From: the human T2T-CHM13v2.0 reference genome, Homo sapiens
DNA: 64,000 nucleotides
Reading direction: 5' to 3' (one strand)
Assembly (NCBI RefSeq): GCF_009914755.1
Contig: NC_060928.1
Part shown: in pieces, positions 1 to 55,707 of the stretch
How positions within the stretch are numbered: the stretch's first letter is position 1
Layout: every line of letters starts with the position of its first letter
The notes under the pieces: generated by a model
Database searches by the model: none
What the model was told of the DNA's origin: nothing
What the model saw: the letters and a program-made list of their open reading frames with translations, nothing else
Program-made: the position numbers and the translations under genes

Positions 1-219
1 GCTCCGCCTCCCGGGTTCACGCCATTCTCCTGCCTCAGCCTCCCCAGTAGATGGGACTACAGGTGCCCGCCACCATGCCTGGCTACTTTTTTGTATTTTT
101 TAGTAGAGACGGGGTTTCACCATGTTAGCCAGGATGGGCTCTATCTCCTGTCCTTGTGATCCGTCCGCCACGGCCTCCCAAAGTGCTGGGATTACAGGCG
201 TGAGCCACCGCGCCCGGCC
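1..219 (-). mobile_element. Alu (AluY-like), cut by the window edge
   Basis: Antisense Alu with Y-type GGGTTCACGCCATTCTCC and TTAGCCAGGATGG. Confidence 0.93.
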
Positions 220-1029
220 CTGAGCCCACACTCTTTATTCGTTATGACGGTGCTGCAACTACCAATAAGTTGTGAGGGTTAAATGGGATGAGATGTCACA
301 GTATTATTTGCCTGTTAGGGAGGTTTTAGGGCACGCGCCTCTTCTCTCCAAATTGGAATCACCCAAAGAGTTTTAGTAAATACTGGGCCCATCCAGGGTT
401 AATTTTCTTCTAATTGGTTTGGGGTGCTGCTTGGACAGGGGGACTTTTAAAATTCTATACTGACCCACCAGGACTGACATGAGAACTACTCGCTTAGTAA
501 CTGTTAGAGGAGGCGCCAGCTGATCAGGACCTAAAGTTCATATTCTTTTTCATCTCCCCGTTGTCGCTGAAGCCTACCCCATAAACCCCTACCGTCCCTT
601 TGCCCACAGCAGAGAATTTCCGGGAAAACGGGAAAGGTATGCAAGCATGCCCACACACGTGCACACACGGGTTCCCAAAAGACCTGCGTGTGGCCGCAGG
701 GGCCTGCCCCGCCCTTCTCGGGCCCTTTCAGGTCCCGGCGCCCAGCGATCCCACCAGCACCTGGGTCCGGCGCGCGGCTCCCTCCCTCTCCGCGCCCCTC
801 GGGGCTCCCTGCCCCGCCCGCGTGCCCCACCCTTCCTAGCTCTGCCCCATCGCTGCTCCCTGCCCCGCCCACGGGCCCCATCCTACCCCCACCTCGATCC
901 GTCCCTCGCTCCTCCCTGCCCCGCCCACCGCGCCCCGTCCCTGTCCGCCCCGTCTGGCTCTCAGCACCCCCAAGACCGGTGCGCGCCCCGCCCCTCCTCC
1001 TCCTCTCGCGAGGCAGTCCCGACGCCGGA

Positions 1030-1149
1030 AGTGCCTGGAGCGCGCGACAGCGGCGGGGCGGGGCGGCCTGGAGGCTGTGGCGCGCGGCCGGCAGAGGGAG
1101 GGGAGAGGCCACTGGGGCCGTGTTAGTCTGCCGGTGGGGACTCTTGCAG
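1030..1149 (+). other. ANAPC4: Non-coding exon 1 (5' UTR; start approximate)
   Basis: CAG|GTACAG donor at 1150. The 73-nt intron has branch point CTGAC (1202-1206) and acceptor TTGCAG| at 1222, 10 nt before the ATG. Confidence 0.7.
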
Positions 1150-1232
1150 GTACAGGCGCGGTCGGGGCTCCTCGTGGAGAGCCGGGGGCTCCTGCCGGCC
1201 TCTGACTGGGGTGTCGTTGCAGGGCCGTCCCC

Positions 1233-42181
<40,949 letters not shown>

Positions 42182-42271
42182 TCTAGCTTGCCATTATTGT
42201 GTGTGTAATTATGGCCAAAAGGACATAGGAGATGGACTAAGATGTCTTGGACCACCTTTGTGTAACAAAGA

Positions 42272-42277
42272 AATAAA
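42272..42277 (+). terminator. ANAPC4: Polyadenylation signal AATAAA (short 3' UTR, ~0.1 kb)
   Basis: AATAAA 90 nt after the stop, with TGTA upstream and U-rich sequence downstream. Confidence 0.85.
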
Positions 42278-42403
42278 CAGTAAATTTTATTTTTTCATAT
42301 TCTGCTTCATCTTCTCTTAGTGATATAGTCACTATGATAGACTTTATTTTTTCTGAGCTTTCTCTTTAATGCTATGTGCAGAACTAGTGTTTAAAGAAAA
42401 CAG

Positions 42404-42697
42404 GGCCAGGCATGGTGGCTCATGCTGGTAATCTCAGCACTTTGGGAGTCTGAGGTGGGTGGCTCACCTGAAGTCAGGAGTTCAAGACCAGCCTGGCCAA
42501 CATGGCAAAACCCCGTCTCTACTAAAAATACAAAAATGAGCTGGGCGTGGTGCATGCCCCTATAATTCCAGCCACTTGGGAGGCTGAGGCATGAGAATCG
42601 CTTAAACCTGGGAGCCAGAGGTTTCAGTGGGCTGAGATTGCGCCATTGCACTCCATCCAGCCTGCGTGATGGAGTGAGACTCTGTCTCAAAAAAGAA
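42404..42697 (+). mobile_element. AluS just downstream of the polyA site
   Basis: Full dimer. Confidence 0.92.
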
Positions 42698-45600
42698 AGA
42701 GAGAAGGTGAACAAATTGAATATGAAGAAAAAGTCTAATCTTTTCTGTCAGAAGGGTAGGTATCAGGAATTGTTCCTGTATCATTGAAATAGTCGCTCAT
42801 CACTGGAAATTTTAATGCATTTAGTATTTTAAAACTATAGACAACATTCCTATTTTTCCATCTCCCCTTCTAGTTCATTTTGGGTCTCCAGAATGATTTT
42901 AAAATTATGTTTTCAGAATATATTATACTGATTTACTGAAATGCTAAGCCAAAGGATGGATCCTGTCTTTTATGGTTTAAATAACATAAACACTGCTTGA
43001 TACCTACATGGTTATCTTTTCTCATTCTGTCCCTGCATTTGAGCTCTGAGTTATTTGAATCAGCAGGCTTAGATGTGCCCTTTTGCCTTTTCAGACTTGG
43101 TTAAGGACATATAGTAGCTGTCTGTTTGGTTGACTCCTTGAGAGTGTGAGAAATATGGGTCAACTAAATGTTATCTGGCATTAGTGCAGATAAGCTACTG
43201 TTGATTTCCTAATGCTCATTCATTCCTAAAGTACAATAGTATTCTTGTGTGACTTTCAAAGAAATTAATTTAATATATGAATTCCACTATCACTTCATCG
43301 ATAATCACTTTTTAAAGCTTAAATATCTTTAGGCAGGAGGATATACTATAACCAGGTGAATGGGTAACTGCAGGGTTGCTGTGTCATTTGTCTATTTAAT
43401 AGGTAGCTGTCTCTCTAGGTACTCCAGGGTACCTCTGTGAATGGAAGCCACTGTTGGGTGACATAGCATTTAGGACTGTGATCAGGAGGCTGACTATACT
43501 GATCTGTAGCCTTGCATATGATAGGCCTTAAACTCTATTAACAAATTTACGTAAATGTTTACTGACAGTTGGGCATTGTTCCTGGGGTAGTGCAGAATGT
43601 CTTGAATTAGCTTTTGTGAGCAAGAAAGGTGAACTGTGAGATGACATTACTGAAAAATTATAGGTTGTGGGTATATAGAGCATTTTTAGAAAGAATGCAT
43701 TGTGCAGATTTACCATATAACATTTAAAGAGCTTTAATGGATTTTAGGAACCAATAATTAATAGCCTGTTCTTAGAAAGAACGACAGTTTCACCAGTTCT
43801 TTATTAGTTAGTAATTTGTCCTTTGTGACCTCACTGTTAGATTTATAAAGATTTTTTGATACATACACATTTGCTTTCTATGGTTCCAGCGTAGACATAA
43901 AATATGGGAGAATTGGTTTTTCAGTAATGGTTTTAATATGTATAGCAAGTAGGAACTAGAATTGTATTAAAGTGAAAAAGTTTAAATTGACATCTGAATC
44001 TCTTTTTAAGTTTTAATAAGATGCATAGAGCAGAGAATTTTATTGTATTTTTAGATATATGCTATAATTCTTGACACCACTAGACATTTTGCTTTTTTAA
44101 AAGAAAAATTTAATTTTTAATTTTTGTGGGTACATAGTAGGTATATGTATTTATGGGGCACATGAGATTTTGGTAGAGCATACAATATAGACACTTTGCT
44201 TTTAATATGTAGAGCAATTTGATCATTATACACTGGCTACTTTTAGTATGTTTAGCTGCAGATGCTGAATTTGAGCTTTGAATTTAGTGAGGAGCAAGTG
44301 AAGGGTGGGAATGTGAGGACCCTGGGAAGAGGAGCCTCCAGGTCCTGGCTCTTGTGGACCGTGGCATAAAGTGGGGTAATTGAGTGTCTCTCTCAGGGTT
44401 TGAGGACTAATGAGGGTTACTTATAGAACACTGTGGTTAGCGCATGTGAGATACCCAATAAAGACTAGCACTTCTATTTACAATATTCTATTCTGCTTTT
44501 TGCTGACATAAATTGTGTTGATTTTTTTAGAAACTTAACTAGCCTTTTTTTTTTTTTTTTTTTGGCCAGACTTGATAGAACTATAATAGTAGTCTTTCTA
44601 ATTCTCTGGCTTAGTAGGGTTTTTTGTTGTTGTTGTGTTCTTGATTTTTTTCCAATGTAAAAATTGTACACTTAGCAAAATGCTAAAATATTCTGTCTTC
44701 TTAATTTGGAACATTTGAATGTAAATGTGAAGAAAACTATTATGATATAGCCTTGAGTTTATGATGCCATAACTAGGGGAATTTATATATATTTGAGTTG
44801 ATCTAAATATTTTCCCATTCTTGAGGGAAGTCCAGCAAGCAGACATGCGCTAAACACTTCTTTCTAAAGGATGCTATAATTGAAATCATGGGTTGCATTT
44901 CACCAGGAGCAAATCAGTTTCTTTGACACCTCTTTAAGTTGCAATGTTGTGGTGATTATCTACAGACTGTTTACATTTGCTAGAAGCTACAGTTGACTAT
45001 CCAGCATAATATTTTTAGTCTTCACTGAGCCCAAGGAGATAGTACTTAGGATTTTATGAATTTAAGGTCACTAAAACCTTATAATATGAGAGCAAATAAC
45101 ATATTAGCATAGAAATGATCTCTTATGAGGAATATTCAGTTCAGAAACTCAATTATTAAATGGGTCTGGGAAATGATTTGTTAATATGGTTGATAGCCAG
45201 TGTTTACTTTCCACTTTTTTTCTTGTTCTGAGGAAATGAAAATTTCTATAACAGGATTTCTCATGAAGCACACAGTAGTACATCAGAAGTGCCAAGGTCA
45301 GTGATTAAAAATGTATGGATTTTACCCTAAGCCTACTCAATCAGAAGCTGAGGGTGAGGCCAAGACTACATTTTTAACCAACTCACTTGATCATTCTTAA
45401 ACCCACCAAGGTTGAGAACCATTATTTTTCTATGAAAGCTGTGTTTTAGAAATTAGATGGTTATAATTTCTTAGTTGTAGGTTCATAAGCTGTTCCCTTG
45501 GATGCAATGAAAATTGATGTATTTTTTTTCTTTAAAAATGACCCTAACTGGTGGTTAATTACACATGCAAGTTGCTCACACTTCAATAAATCTGTTTAAA

Positions 45601-46265
45601 TGATGGTGAGCATAATTGTACCCCAACTCCCTCTCTGCACTGCAGCATTGTAGCAATGGATCCCTTAGGGCCACATTTCAGCCCTAACAAGATTATGTTC
45701 AGCCAAGTGGGATATAGTTGGGTATGTATGGGCTTTGCTGGTAATCAGCCATTCTAGTTCATAAATGTCACCTTTCCTCTGGTGTGTGCAGTCAGACTGA
45801 ACTCACTGCTCAAGATATGAGGTGTAATGTGTAGTTATCACGGTACAGATGATAAATCTGTCCCACAACATGACTATAAGTGAAACTTATGTTTACTGGC
45901 TTATTATGTTTTAAGCAGTAAAACAAGACAAGTTTGTTGTTTGTGCTTCCTGCCATCAGATTTATGACTGAAAACTTTAGGGACTGTTTTTCTTCATTTC
46001 TGCATTCCTGATTCCTGTTACAGAGTGAATATTATTCTTTCAAGTGATATTTCTGTCCACTGTTCAGATAGTAAAACTGGGTGGAGCCCAAACTGGAGGA
46101 GTGGCCAGCTTGCTATAAATGATCCTCGTGATTGTCAGCATTTTCATGATACTGCAAAACTTTCTAACCTTGAGAATATGTTACTTCCCTTTTTCCTTTC
46201 CACCGCTTACTTTGTCCTGCCAAATTGTTGCAGGAAGAGAGATTCAAGGATTAAAAATATTTATG

Positions 46266-46600
46266 GGCCTGGCAGGTAGCTCACGCCTATAATCCCAACA
46301 CTTTGGGAAGCCGAGGTGAGTGGATTGCTTGAGCTCAGGAGTTTCGGCAACATGGCAAACCCCGTGTCTATAAAATACAAAAATTAGCTGGGCGTGGTGG
46401 TGCATGCCTATAGTCCCAGCTACTCAGGAGGCAGAGGTGCAAGGGATTGAGCCTGGGAGGTGGAGGCTGTGGTGAGCTCTGATTGTGTCACTGCACTCCA
46501 GCCTGGGTGACAGAGACCTTGTCTCAAATAAATTATATGTATGATATATATGTGTGTGTGTGTGTGTGTATGTATATATGTATACATATATATATATATC
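46266..46600 (+). mobile_element. Alu with tail decayed to a (TG)n(TA)n microsatellite
   Basis: Alu to ~46530, then TG/TA repeats. Confidence 0.88.
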
Positions 46601-46869
46601 CTCGTTCTCTTGGGATGGAAAGTTAAGATCTAGCGGCAGAGTGTGGATAGCAAAGGGGCTGGCTGAGACCATTGTTCTGGGGCCCTGCAAGGTGTAGGGC
46701 CCATTTTCTCCACTGGAGAAGGAGGAGACTACATGGCCCAGGTGGCAGGACACCCAAGTGACCAGTTCAATGGACACCTTTCAGGCTGGTGTAGTCAGGC
46801 ATATCAGATGCTGCGGAGAAACAGCGAGATGGAAAATTGCCCATTACCTCTGAAAAGCTGCATGTCAGT

Positions 46870-47690
46870 TGTGACCCTGATAGAAACTTGGAGGCGTGTT
46901 GAGGACAGGAGCCCTATTGAAATGGGTGTAGAATGGATGTGAGGTGAGTCAGTGGAGGCCAAGTGGAGGCAACTCTGGAGGATTTTGCTGTGAGGGGCAC
47001 AGAGATGGAGTGGTGGCAGGGGAGGGAAATGGCACCAGAGAACTTTTTTTAGAAAGATGGATGATACTAGGCATCTTTATTCGTCAATATGAGTGATCCA
47101 CCAAAGAAGGAGAAATTGACCATTCTAGAGTAAAAGGAGATGCGCTGGAAGAAATCCTTGAGAAGGCTAAAAGGGCTAGGGCCCAGTGACCATTGCAGGG
47201 ATCGAGCGTAGGGTGGAACATGACTTTCTTCCACCCTAATGGGAGTCTGTGGGGACAGGTGCTGGTGGGTGCAGCACCGCGTGGCAGGTGTAGCATTTTT
47301 CCCTCGGAGAGAAGTGTTCAGGTCTTTATGGAGAGTGATGAGGAGAGGAGAGGTAGAAAATAGGTGTCTCAGATTGGAAAATGAGAGAATTATGGAGTTT
47401 TAGAATCAGAGGGATAGAAATAAAGAGGCTATGACCAGAGAAGAGACATTGGCAGTCTTAGGGAGGTGGTGAAGTCTCTGATGACAGGTATAACCATGGC
47501 AGTTGGCAGCTGCTATTGGTGTGAAGGGGAAAGTCACTGGAGCCAAGTAGATTCAGAGCTGAGTGGCTGGGGTTTTGGATGGCTCATCTGTGTGGCTGGT
47601 AAAGTTGCAAAAGCAGATGGAGATGGTAACAGTGAGTTGGGTCCTGAGGTCACCCGTGAATGAGGAGGTATCAGTGGGGTATTGAGAGCA
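46870..47690 (-). mobile_element. LINE2 relic
   Basis: Purine-rich sequence paralleling 23790-24800. Confidence 0.55.
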
Positions 47691-47974
47691 GAAGGAAAAA
47701 CTGCTTCTGAGACTCTTGCTACCTTGAAAGACCCAGAGGAGGGTCAGGCACCTACCTAGTCAGTTAGTAGCAAGGCTGGGATCTAAGCCCAGGGGGACTG
47801 GACTGCCCTGGAGGAGCTCCTAACAGACACCTGTGGTTAGAAAGGACATGAGAACAGGATAAAAAGACTAAGCCAACCTGTAAGCATGGCCACTGCCTTT
47901 GAATCTCTGTCTACTGTAGGTTAGTGCTCCTCACACCTGGGAGGTAAGATTAAGGGCTCTAATGGTGGTGGACT

Positions 47975-48285
47975 TTTTAATTTAATTTAATTTAATTTTA
48001 TTTTATTTTAGACACGATCTTGCTCTGTTACCCAGGCTTCAGGCTAAAGTGTAGTGGCATAAACACGGCTCACTGCAGACTTGATCTCCTGGGCTCAAGC
48101 AATCCTCCCGAGTAGCTCAGATTAACAGCACATGCCACCACGCCTGGCTAATTTTTTTTTTTTTTTGTAATGACGGGGTCTTGCCATGTTACCCAGATTG
48201 GTTTTGAAACCCTGGGCTCAAGCAGTCCTCCCACCTCAGCCTCCCAAAGTGCTTGGACTACAGGTGTGAGCCACCATACCTGGCC
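47975..48285 (-). mobile_element. AluJ-like
   Basis: Antisense dimer with (TTTAA)n tail. Confidence 0.88.
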
Positions 48286-49019
48286 TTCTTTCTTCTTTTC
48301 TTTTTAACCCCAAGGCAGGGAGAAGTGGTCATTTCCGATTATTTTAAATCTGGAACCAGTAGCAATCCCCAGGTGTTTTAGGAAGGGGGTCTTTGTGGTT
48401 GCTGTCCTGCCTAATTTTGTCTTTAGTGCACTGTTGGTTACAGACACAATTATGTGTGTGGCACAGGGAGGAGAGGGCCCAAGATGACTGCGTGGAGAGT
48501 GGGCCTGAGCAAGCGCCTGCTCAAAGTCCAGGTCAGGAGGCTGGGTGAGGCGGGATGAACTGAACAGTCAGTTTGTTGCCCTGTGAAGGTGCAGTCCAGG
48601 GCCTTCCTAGCTCTGGGCCAATGTGGTCCATATCGCCAAACCTTTCCTGGGTGGTCTGAAGATTTTCTTAAGGGGAACTAACTGCCCAGTCCAGGCACCT
48701 CTGGCCATTTGGGGAATGAGGCAGGCAAGTCTCGGCTTGGCCTCAGTTCCCAGGCCCCTAGGAATTGGCACTGGGCTTCAGCTCGCTACTTAGCAGATCC
48801 AGTAGGGCCTAGACCCAGCTGGACCTGGGAGCCTCTGGAGCTGCCAAATTGTACATGAAATTCCTGTGTGCTTGGCCGGACAAGAGGTTCATGATCGAAG
48901 GGTTACTGCCTGCACCTGCCTCTGTCCCTCCCCCAGATTTTTCCTGTCTGCATTTGGCTTTTTAAGGTTCTCCTATGCAGAATTGGCTGTGGAAGAGAAA
49001 TAGCATGGGAGAGATTGCA

Positions 49020-49420
49020 AGGTGCTTTTTATATACATTCTCACAGAATTCTCTAAACAACTAACTCTGCAATAAAGGGATTGCTCATCTTATTTTACAG
49101 AAAAGTTGAGAGAGATTTGGTTTGACGTGTCCCAAATCACGCAGCTAGTAGGCGGAACGGCCTGGATGCAAAACAGGTGGTCTGACTCCAGATAAGAATA
49201 ATTGCTAACATGATTATTTAGTAAGAGTCAGAAATCATGCCAAGAACATTCCATGGATACTTACCTAAACATCATCACAGTCCTACAAGGTAAGTGCTAT
49301 TATTATTAGCATCATTTCACAGATGAAGGACTTGAGGCCAAGAGATGTTTACTAAGTTGTCCACAGGAATTACACGGGCAGCAGGGTGGGACTGGGATGG
49401 GAAACCAGGCAGTCTGGCCA
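49020..49420 (-). mobile_element. Two MIR fragments
   Basis: ATTTTACAG/ATTTCACAGATGA cores followed by CCCAAATCACGCAGCTAGT-like motifs. Confidence 0.65.
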
Positions 49421-49705
49421 CAGGACCCATTCCTTCAGCCACTGCACATGTTTCCTTTCTGGGGCCTGGATCCTTTGGCCCCTCCTGCCTTGCCCATGGC
49501 TGCACTCACAGAGCTCGGTCTTCCTGCAGTGGCACAACTACTTGAGTGTCTGTGTGGCACAGGCCAGCAAGGATGGCCAGGCTTGCATTCGTGATGAGCT
49601 TTGTTTTTCTCAGAGGTCCTTCATTCATAGCCACCATCGGCTCTGCGGAAACAGGCTGTGAGGAATGATGTCTGGTAGACCTTGGACCAGAACCTGGGCT
49701 TCTGA

Positions 49706-50081
<376 letters not shown>

Positions 50082-50101
50082 TAAAAGAAGGGAGATTTCC
50101 C

Positions 50102-50105
<4 letters not shown>

Positions 50106-50152
<47 letters not shown>

Positions 50153-50404
50153 TTATATATGTATTAGGGTCTTACTCTGTTACCCAGGCATGATCACAGC
50201 TCACTGCAGCATCCACCTCAGCCTCCTGAGTAGCTGGGACTACAGGTGTGTGTCACTATGTCCGGCTAATTTTTTAAAAAAAATTTTTAGAGATAGGGTC
50301 TTGCTTGTTACCTAGGATGGTCTTGAACTCATGGACTCAAGCAATCCTCCCACCTTGGCCTCCCAAAGTGCTGGGATTACAAGTGAGAGCCACCACACCC
50401 AGCC
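50106..50404 (-). mobile_element. (TG)n microsatellite plus AluJ-like element
   Basis: About 22 TG units at 50106-50150, then an antisense Alu. Confidence 0.88.
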
Positions 50405-52332
50405 TCCTACTGTATTTTTGCCATGTTTTCTGTCCCCTTTCCCAATTTTTTGGGATCATTTTGCATTTTGTTGGTCTACAGACTTCCATTGGGTAAAGCA
50501 TTCAGGGGAGATGGTGTGCTTGGGGAGAGGGAGAGAAATTATCTCAAGAATGAATACATGGGTGAAACAGATGGCAAATTTGTCGTTTGCAATAGAGAAA
50601 CTATTAAAAAATCAGAGAATGCTAAGTCCTGAACACTTTGAGGAATACTGTATGACTCTCTGAAATACCAGCAAAGCACACATTTGGTCCATTAATTGGG
50701 ATCTAGGAACTATGATAATGCAGTGTCAAGAAAATAAGTGTTTTTATACCAAATAGAGCATCACAAGCCAAATATCCTATTTATCCATCCAAGATATAAA
50801 AGGGACTTGATGGGGTGAGACAGTCTTGGGATGGAATAGGAAATGTAATAATTTAGTTTCCATTTGAGAGATGGAAATTGAAGGAGCAAATTTACAAGTC
50901 AACTTAGCAATGCAGTTAAAACATGAGCCTTAGATCTTTCAAGTTTCTAGTCCAGTACTTTTCACTCCCTATAAAGTGTCAAAGTTATTGCAAGGGCCCA
51001 TTTATGTTTAATTAAATGTAATGCTAATCTACAACTAGATTTGCTCTGGTCTAGGCAATTGGCAAGTGATACAAACTACCTAGTCCATTGCATTTCCAGA
51101 AGCCGAGGGATGGCTGATGGCTTACTGCCAGAAAGTGGTTGAGTAGATGACATTATGCAAATCTTTACAAAAGAAAAGATTCACGTTCTCTGGGTTGAAA
51201 CAAGACAGAAGTGTATGAAATGTGTCCACCTAAACTAGAATAAAGATTTGTCATTGCCTTCCTTCTGTCTGCCCTAGAGTCCAATTCAAATGCTTTTCCA
51301 CAGCCTCCCTTCACTCCTCCAACCACCTCCCGACTTCAGCCCCTGACTAGCTGTCATCTGTGCCTCAATGGAGTTCTCACGTAACCCACGTGTTCATTGA
51401 GTCCTGACCATGGTGAGGTCCTTGGCTAAATACACTCCAGGTTTACTACTTGTTTAGCTGCTCCCACCCCACCACCCATAAGGAAGAAAGCATTATTGAT
51501 CCTTTTGTGCAGAGGAGGACAAAGAGGCACAGAGAAGTTAGGTGTCTTGCCCAAGGTCACACAGCTAGGGAGGAGTGGGGTCCAAATTCTCAGTCATATG
51601 CTGTACATTTCTGACATCTACCACCTGCTCCCTTTAATTATAGATAATGCACATTTCCCTTTTGGCAGGCGAACTCCTTAAGTTGAGGGCAGGCACCCCA
51701 AGGTGCCTGGTTATGGATCCTCGCTAATATCTCTGCCCTATGGGCAGCCCTGCTCCTGAAATTGATGAGGTGTGTATACCCTGCGTCCTGTTTGGAGGTT
51801 CTAGTGCCCCCTGCTGCCTAAGAAATCTACCTTTATCCCCCAGCCGGCTAATGCCACAGCCTCCCCAGCCCTTAGCGTCAGGTCAGCAGAGCTGAGCCAC
51901 CCAAGGTAGGAGAGAACTGCTCCCCACAGCTTTGAGCACATGGGATTCTGAGGGTACTTTGTGGGAGAAGCTGGTGGCAGGTTTCAAAGTGGTGGAAGTG
52001 GAGAATGCTTCAATCCAGGAAGCCCAGGCAAAGCACAGGCTTCCTGGCTGAGTCTGGGGGTTGCCGGGCATTACTCCGCCAGACCCAGTGGTACGGGTCT
52101 GGGCGTGGATCTAGGAAGGTGTACATCCCAAAGGGAGGCTGTCTGGGAGGCTCCCCATCAGGAGACTGGGATTCCAGAGGTCTTGGCTTGCAAAGTTGGA
52201 GGGTGGTTGGAACCTTCTGCAGAGGGCAGCATTTTGCTTGTTTGTGCTGTTCATTGTAGGGCCAGCTTCTTGGATGGCAGATCTGTACAATCATGCAGGG
52301 CCCCGGGCTTTGAGGGCCCATGTCTGAGGGCC

Positions 52333-52689
52333 TGTATTAGTCCCTACATACCCGAGACTGGGCAATTTACAAAAGAAAGAGGTTTAATTGGACTTACAGT
52401 TCCACATGGTTGGGGAGATCTCACAATCATGGCAGAAGGCAGGAGGAGCAAGTCACATCTTACATGGGTGGTGGAAGGCAAAAAAAAAAAAAAAAAGAGA
52501 TTGTGCAGAGAAACTCGTTTTTTAAAACCATCAGATTCTCATGAGACCCATTCACTATCATGAGAACAGCACAGGGAAGACCCGCCTCCATGATTCAGTC
52601 ATCTTCCCCCGGGTCCCTCCCACAACACATGGGAATTATGGGAGCCACAAGATGAGATTTGGGTGGGGACACAGAGCCAAACCATAGCA
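52333..52689. mobile_element. THE1-type (MaLR) solo LTR
   Basis: TGTATTAGTC...GATTTGGGTGGGGACACAGAGCCAAACCATAGCA with TG...CA ends and 5-bp TSD GGGCC. Confidence 0.9.
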
Positions 52690-52709
52690 GGGCCTATGCT
52701 TGGTTAAAT

Positions 52710-53810
<1,101 letters not shown>

Positions 53811-55707
53811 ATACTCAGTATCACTCTGCTGTCACCGTCTTGAAATTCTAAACAAGAGGCCCTGCATTTTCATTTTAAGCTGGGCCCTGTGAATGACAGC
53901 CATTCCTGGGCTGACCTTGGCACTGATAAACAAGGAAACTTCCCTGACACTGTGGCTTTGGGCAGACGCCTGATCCGCCTGCAGTTCTCAAGCTTTTACT
54001 TAGAATGGTAGATTATTTGTCACCAAGTACCGAGGGCCTCCTAGCTGCACCGAGATGCACCTCCAGGGCAGACAGGGGCTGTATTTCCTCCATCTGGGCA
54101 TGGCCAGGGCCTTCTGGGCAGTGTGGGGACTCAGAGAGTGCAGGTTGAAGCCAACGTCTATCTTGGGCCAAATCGCACTAATTCAGATCCGATTCATTTT
54201 ACATAGGGAAGTTTTGATTTATTTTTGAAAAAATAAAAAAGGATTTGCTAATCAGATGTACTGTGCGAAAAGTTTTCAGGGACGAGCAATATTTAATGTC
54301 AAGAGCAAAACTTTCCAGGACCTGCAGAGCACCGTGTGACACAAACCCATCACCTCTTAAGTACAAAAATCTAATTTCAGTGCATTCTTTGCTGTTAATG
54401 AAGTGGCTCTTCAGCCCTCTACTTGGAAACAGCCTGGTCAAGGCACCCCAAAATACTCAAAAGCAAGAAAACCAAATCCTTTTATGGTGATTTGCTAATT
54501 GGGGTCCCTGCAAAAAGCAGCAGAGCTTTTGCAGCCCACAGACTGAAGTGCTTCTGTTTTTCTCATTGCTTCCCTAGGCTTCCCAAGTCAATCTAGCACG
54601 TGTGGGTGCCCAGCCTTCCCTGCAGCGCTTGCTCCCTCCCTTCCCTCCTCTGGGCCAGTCCCTTGGCCAGTGCATGCCACCTCCCCGCTCTAAGGCTACT
54701 GCTCTACCCCACACCCCAGCCCCAACCAAAAGCTCTGGAGACAGACGCAGCAGGTTCTGGGGCCACTTAGCAGCTGTGAGACCTTAACCAGGCTGCTTAA
54801 TGTTTCCGAGTCTGATTTTCCTCATCTGTGAGATGGCGACAGTGATCCTACCCTGTGTAGCATCCAGGTGAGAGCGAAATGAGATGATAATGAGATAATG
54901 AGATCATGTTTGTGTAACATGTGCTGGCCCAGATTCACATTCAGGAACTCAGCTGATGCTCTCACTTGCTTACCTAGTTAGCTCCACATAGGCATCCTCA
55001 CATCCCATTGCTTTGGTTAAGTTTTTCTGGTCAAAGCAAGTTTCCATCTTGAACTATCATCTCTGCCATCAGCTCTCGCTTTGCATCCCCTCCAAACTCT
55101 CAAAGGATGAACAATTTTCTCCATGGAGTGTATTCAAGAGAATATTCCCCAGGGGTCATTGGCAGCTGCCAAGGATGTCTTTCCCCAACTTTTGGAAAAA
55201 CAGTAATATTGGCTGGTGTAAGTGTGTGGCCTCCCAAGGTGGCTGTTTGCAAGGGGAAGGGCTCACTGGCAGGCACAGTTCTGAAGGAGTGTTTTGGATG
55301 AAGTCCCTTTGCTGTCTAGTGGCAGCTGTAAGGCAGAGTGTTGGGGAATGGCCATGGGCACAATAGATGGTGCCAAGCACTAACCAGCAGCCATGTGCAC
55401 TGCACCTCTCTCTGCCCCCTGGTGTCTTTCCTGCCAGGAAGCGTCATGCTGCCATCAGTTTGAAGACCCTTGCACCTGGCTGGCACCCATATGGGTGATG
55501 CATGGGACAATGCGGTCACGCCACTTTGGCAAACACTTGGTGCTCACCTTGGTTCACAGTGGCCAGAGAAAAAACAATAAGTGCTCACTAAATGCTTTTG
55601 CCTGGCATAAGCCACTGCACCTGGCCCTGGAATGTAATTTTTTAATAGTAGCTGTATTTAATGACTTAGTTGCAAAATATCTGAAAATTTAAAAAGTGAC
55701 TCTAGGA

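Noticed and set aside
49256-49296. Perfect AGGTAAGT donors on both strands within 40 bp
   Set aside because: They lie in MIR-derived sequence with no supportable exon partner, so they are probably chance.
51961-52563. 200-aa intergenic ORF
   Set aside because: It starts at GTG, runs into a THE1 LTR and poly-A, and has no domain or splice support.
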